From a virus (lineage: Duplodnaviria > Caudoviricetes): a stretch of DNA of 33,716 nt. This document shows, one piece after another, positions 33,634 through 33,716 of this stretch. Made by a program: the position numbers and the translations under genes. The stretch is from the IMG/VR virus record IMGVR_UViG_3300020045_006097, positions 1 to 33,716 of that record; one strand, given 5' to 3'. Under the pieces are notes generated by a model. It did not search any database, had not been told where the DNA came from, and was given only the letters and a program-made list of their open reading frames with translations. Numbering within the stretch: the first letter of the stretch is position 1; each line of letters opens with the position of its first letter.

Positions 33634-33716
33634 AATTGTGAGTGATGTATTCTGCAGGAAATCTGCTTATTGTAGTAATCAGTACTACGGAGGACGTCAT
33701 ATTGGAACTGTAACTT
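33596..33716. repeat. Terminal direct repeat, right copy
   Basis: Identical to 1-121. Confidence 0.97.

Overview
The window is almost certainly one complete, circular-mapping tailed-phage genome of 33,595 bp. Bases 1-121 are repeated exactly at 33596-33716, and an ATGA stop/start overlap runs across that junction. Nearly all genes are on the minus strand. They form a full siphovirus-type virion set: terS, terL, portal, scaffold, major capsid, head-tail connectors, a collagen/LRR fibre module, tail tube, frameshifted tail chaperones, tape measure, an RcGTA g12-g15-like tail tip, two paralogous tail fibres, a putative endolysin and holin-like proteins. There are also about 15 small hypothetical genes, a GIY-YIG nuclease and an HNH-AP2 nuclease. 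I can recognise no DNA polymerase, helicase, primase, initiator, recombinase, integrase, repressor or sigma factor. Yet 11 gene boundaries or intergenic gaps on the coding strand carry NATAAATA, the T4-superfamily late (gp55-dependent) promoter, and there are four separate sigma70-type promoters. The leading hypothesis, which is inference, is an 'inverted satellite': it builds its own virion but borrows replication and late transcription from a co-infecting T4-like phage. Other signals are a late-promoter-fronted structured non-coding region of about 0.4-0.7 kb, convergent inverted promoters around a small stem RNA, a three-hairpin sRNA, a split central tail protein, a leucine-zipper gene pair and no TAG stops. 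Family names come from motif recognition by eye, not from database searches.
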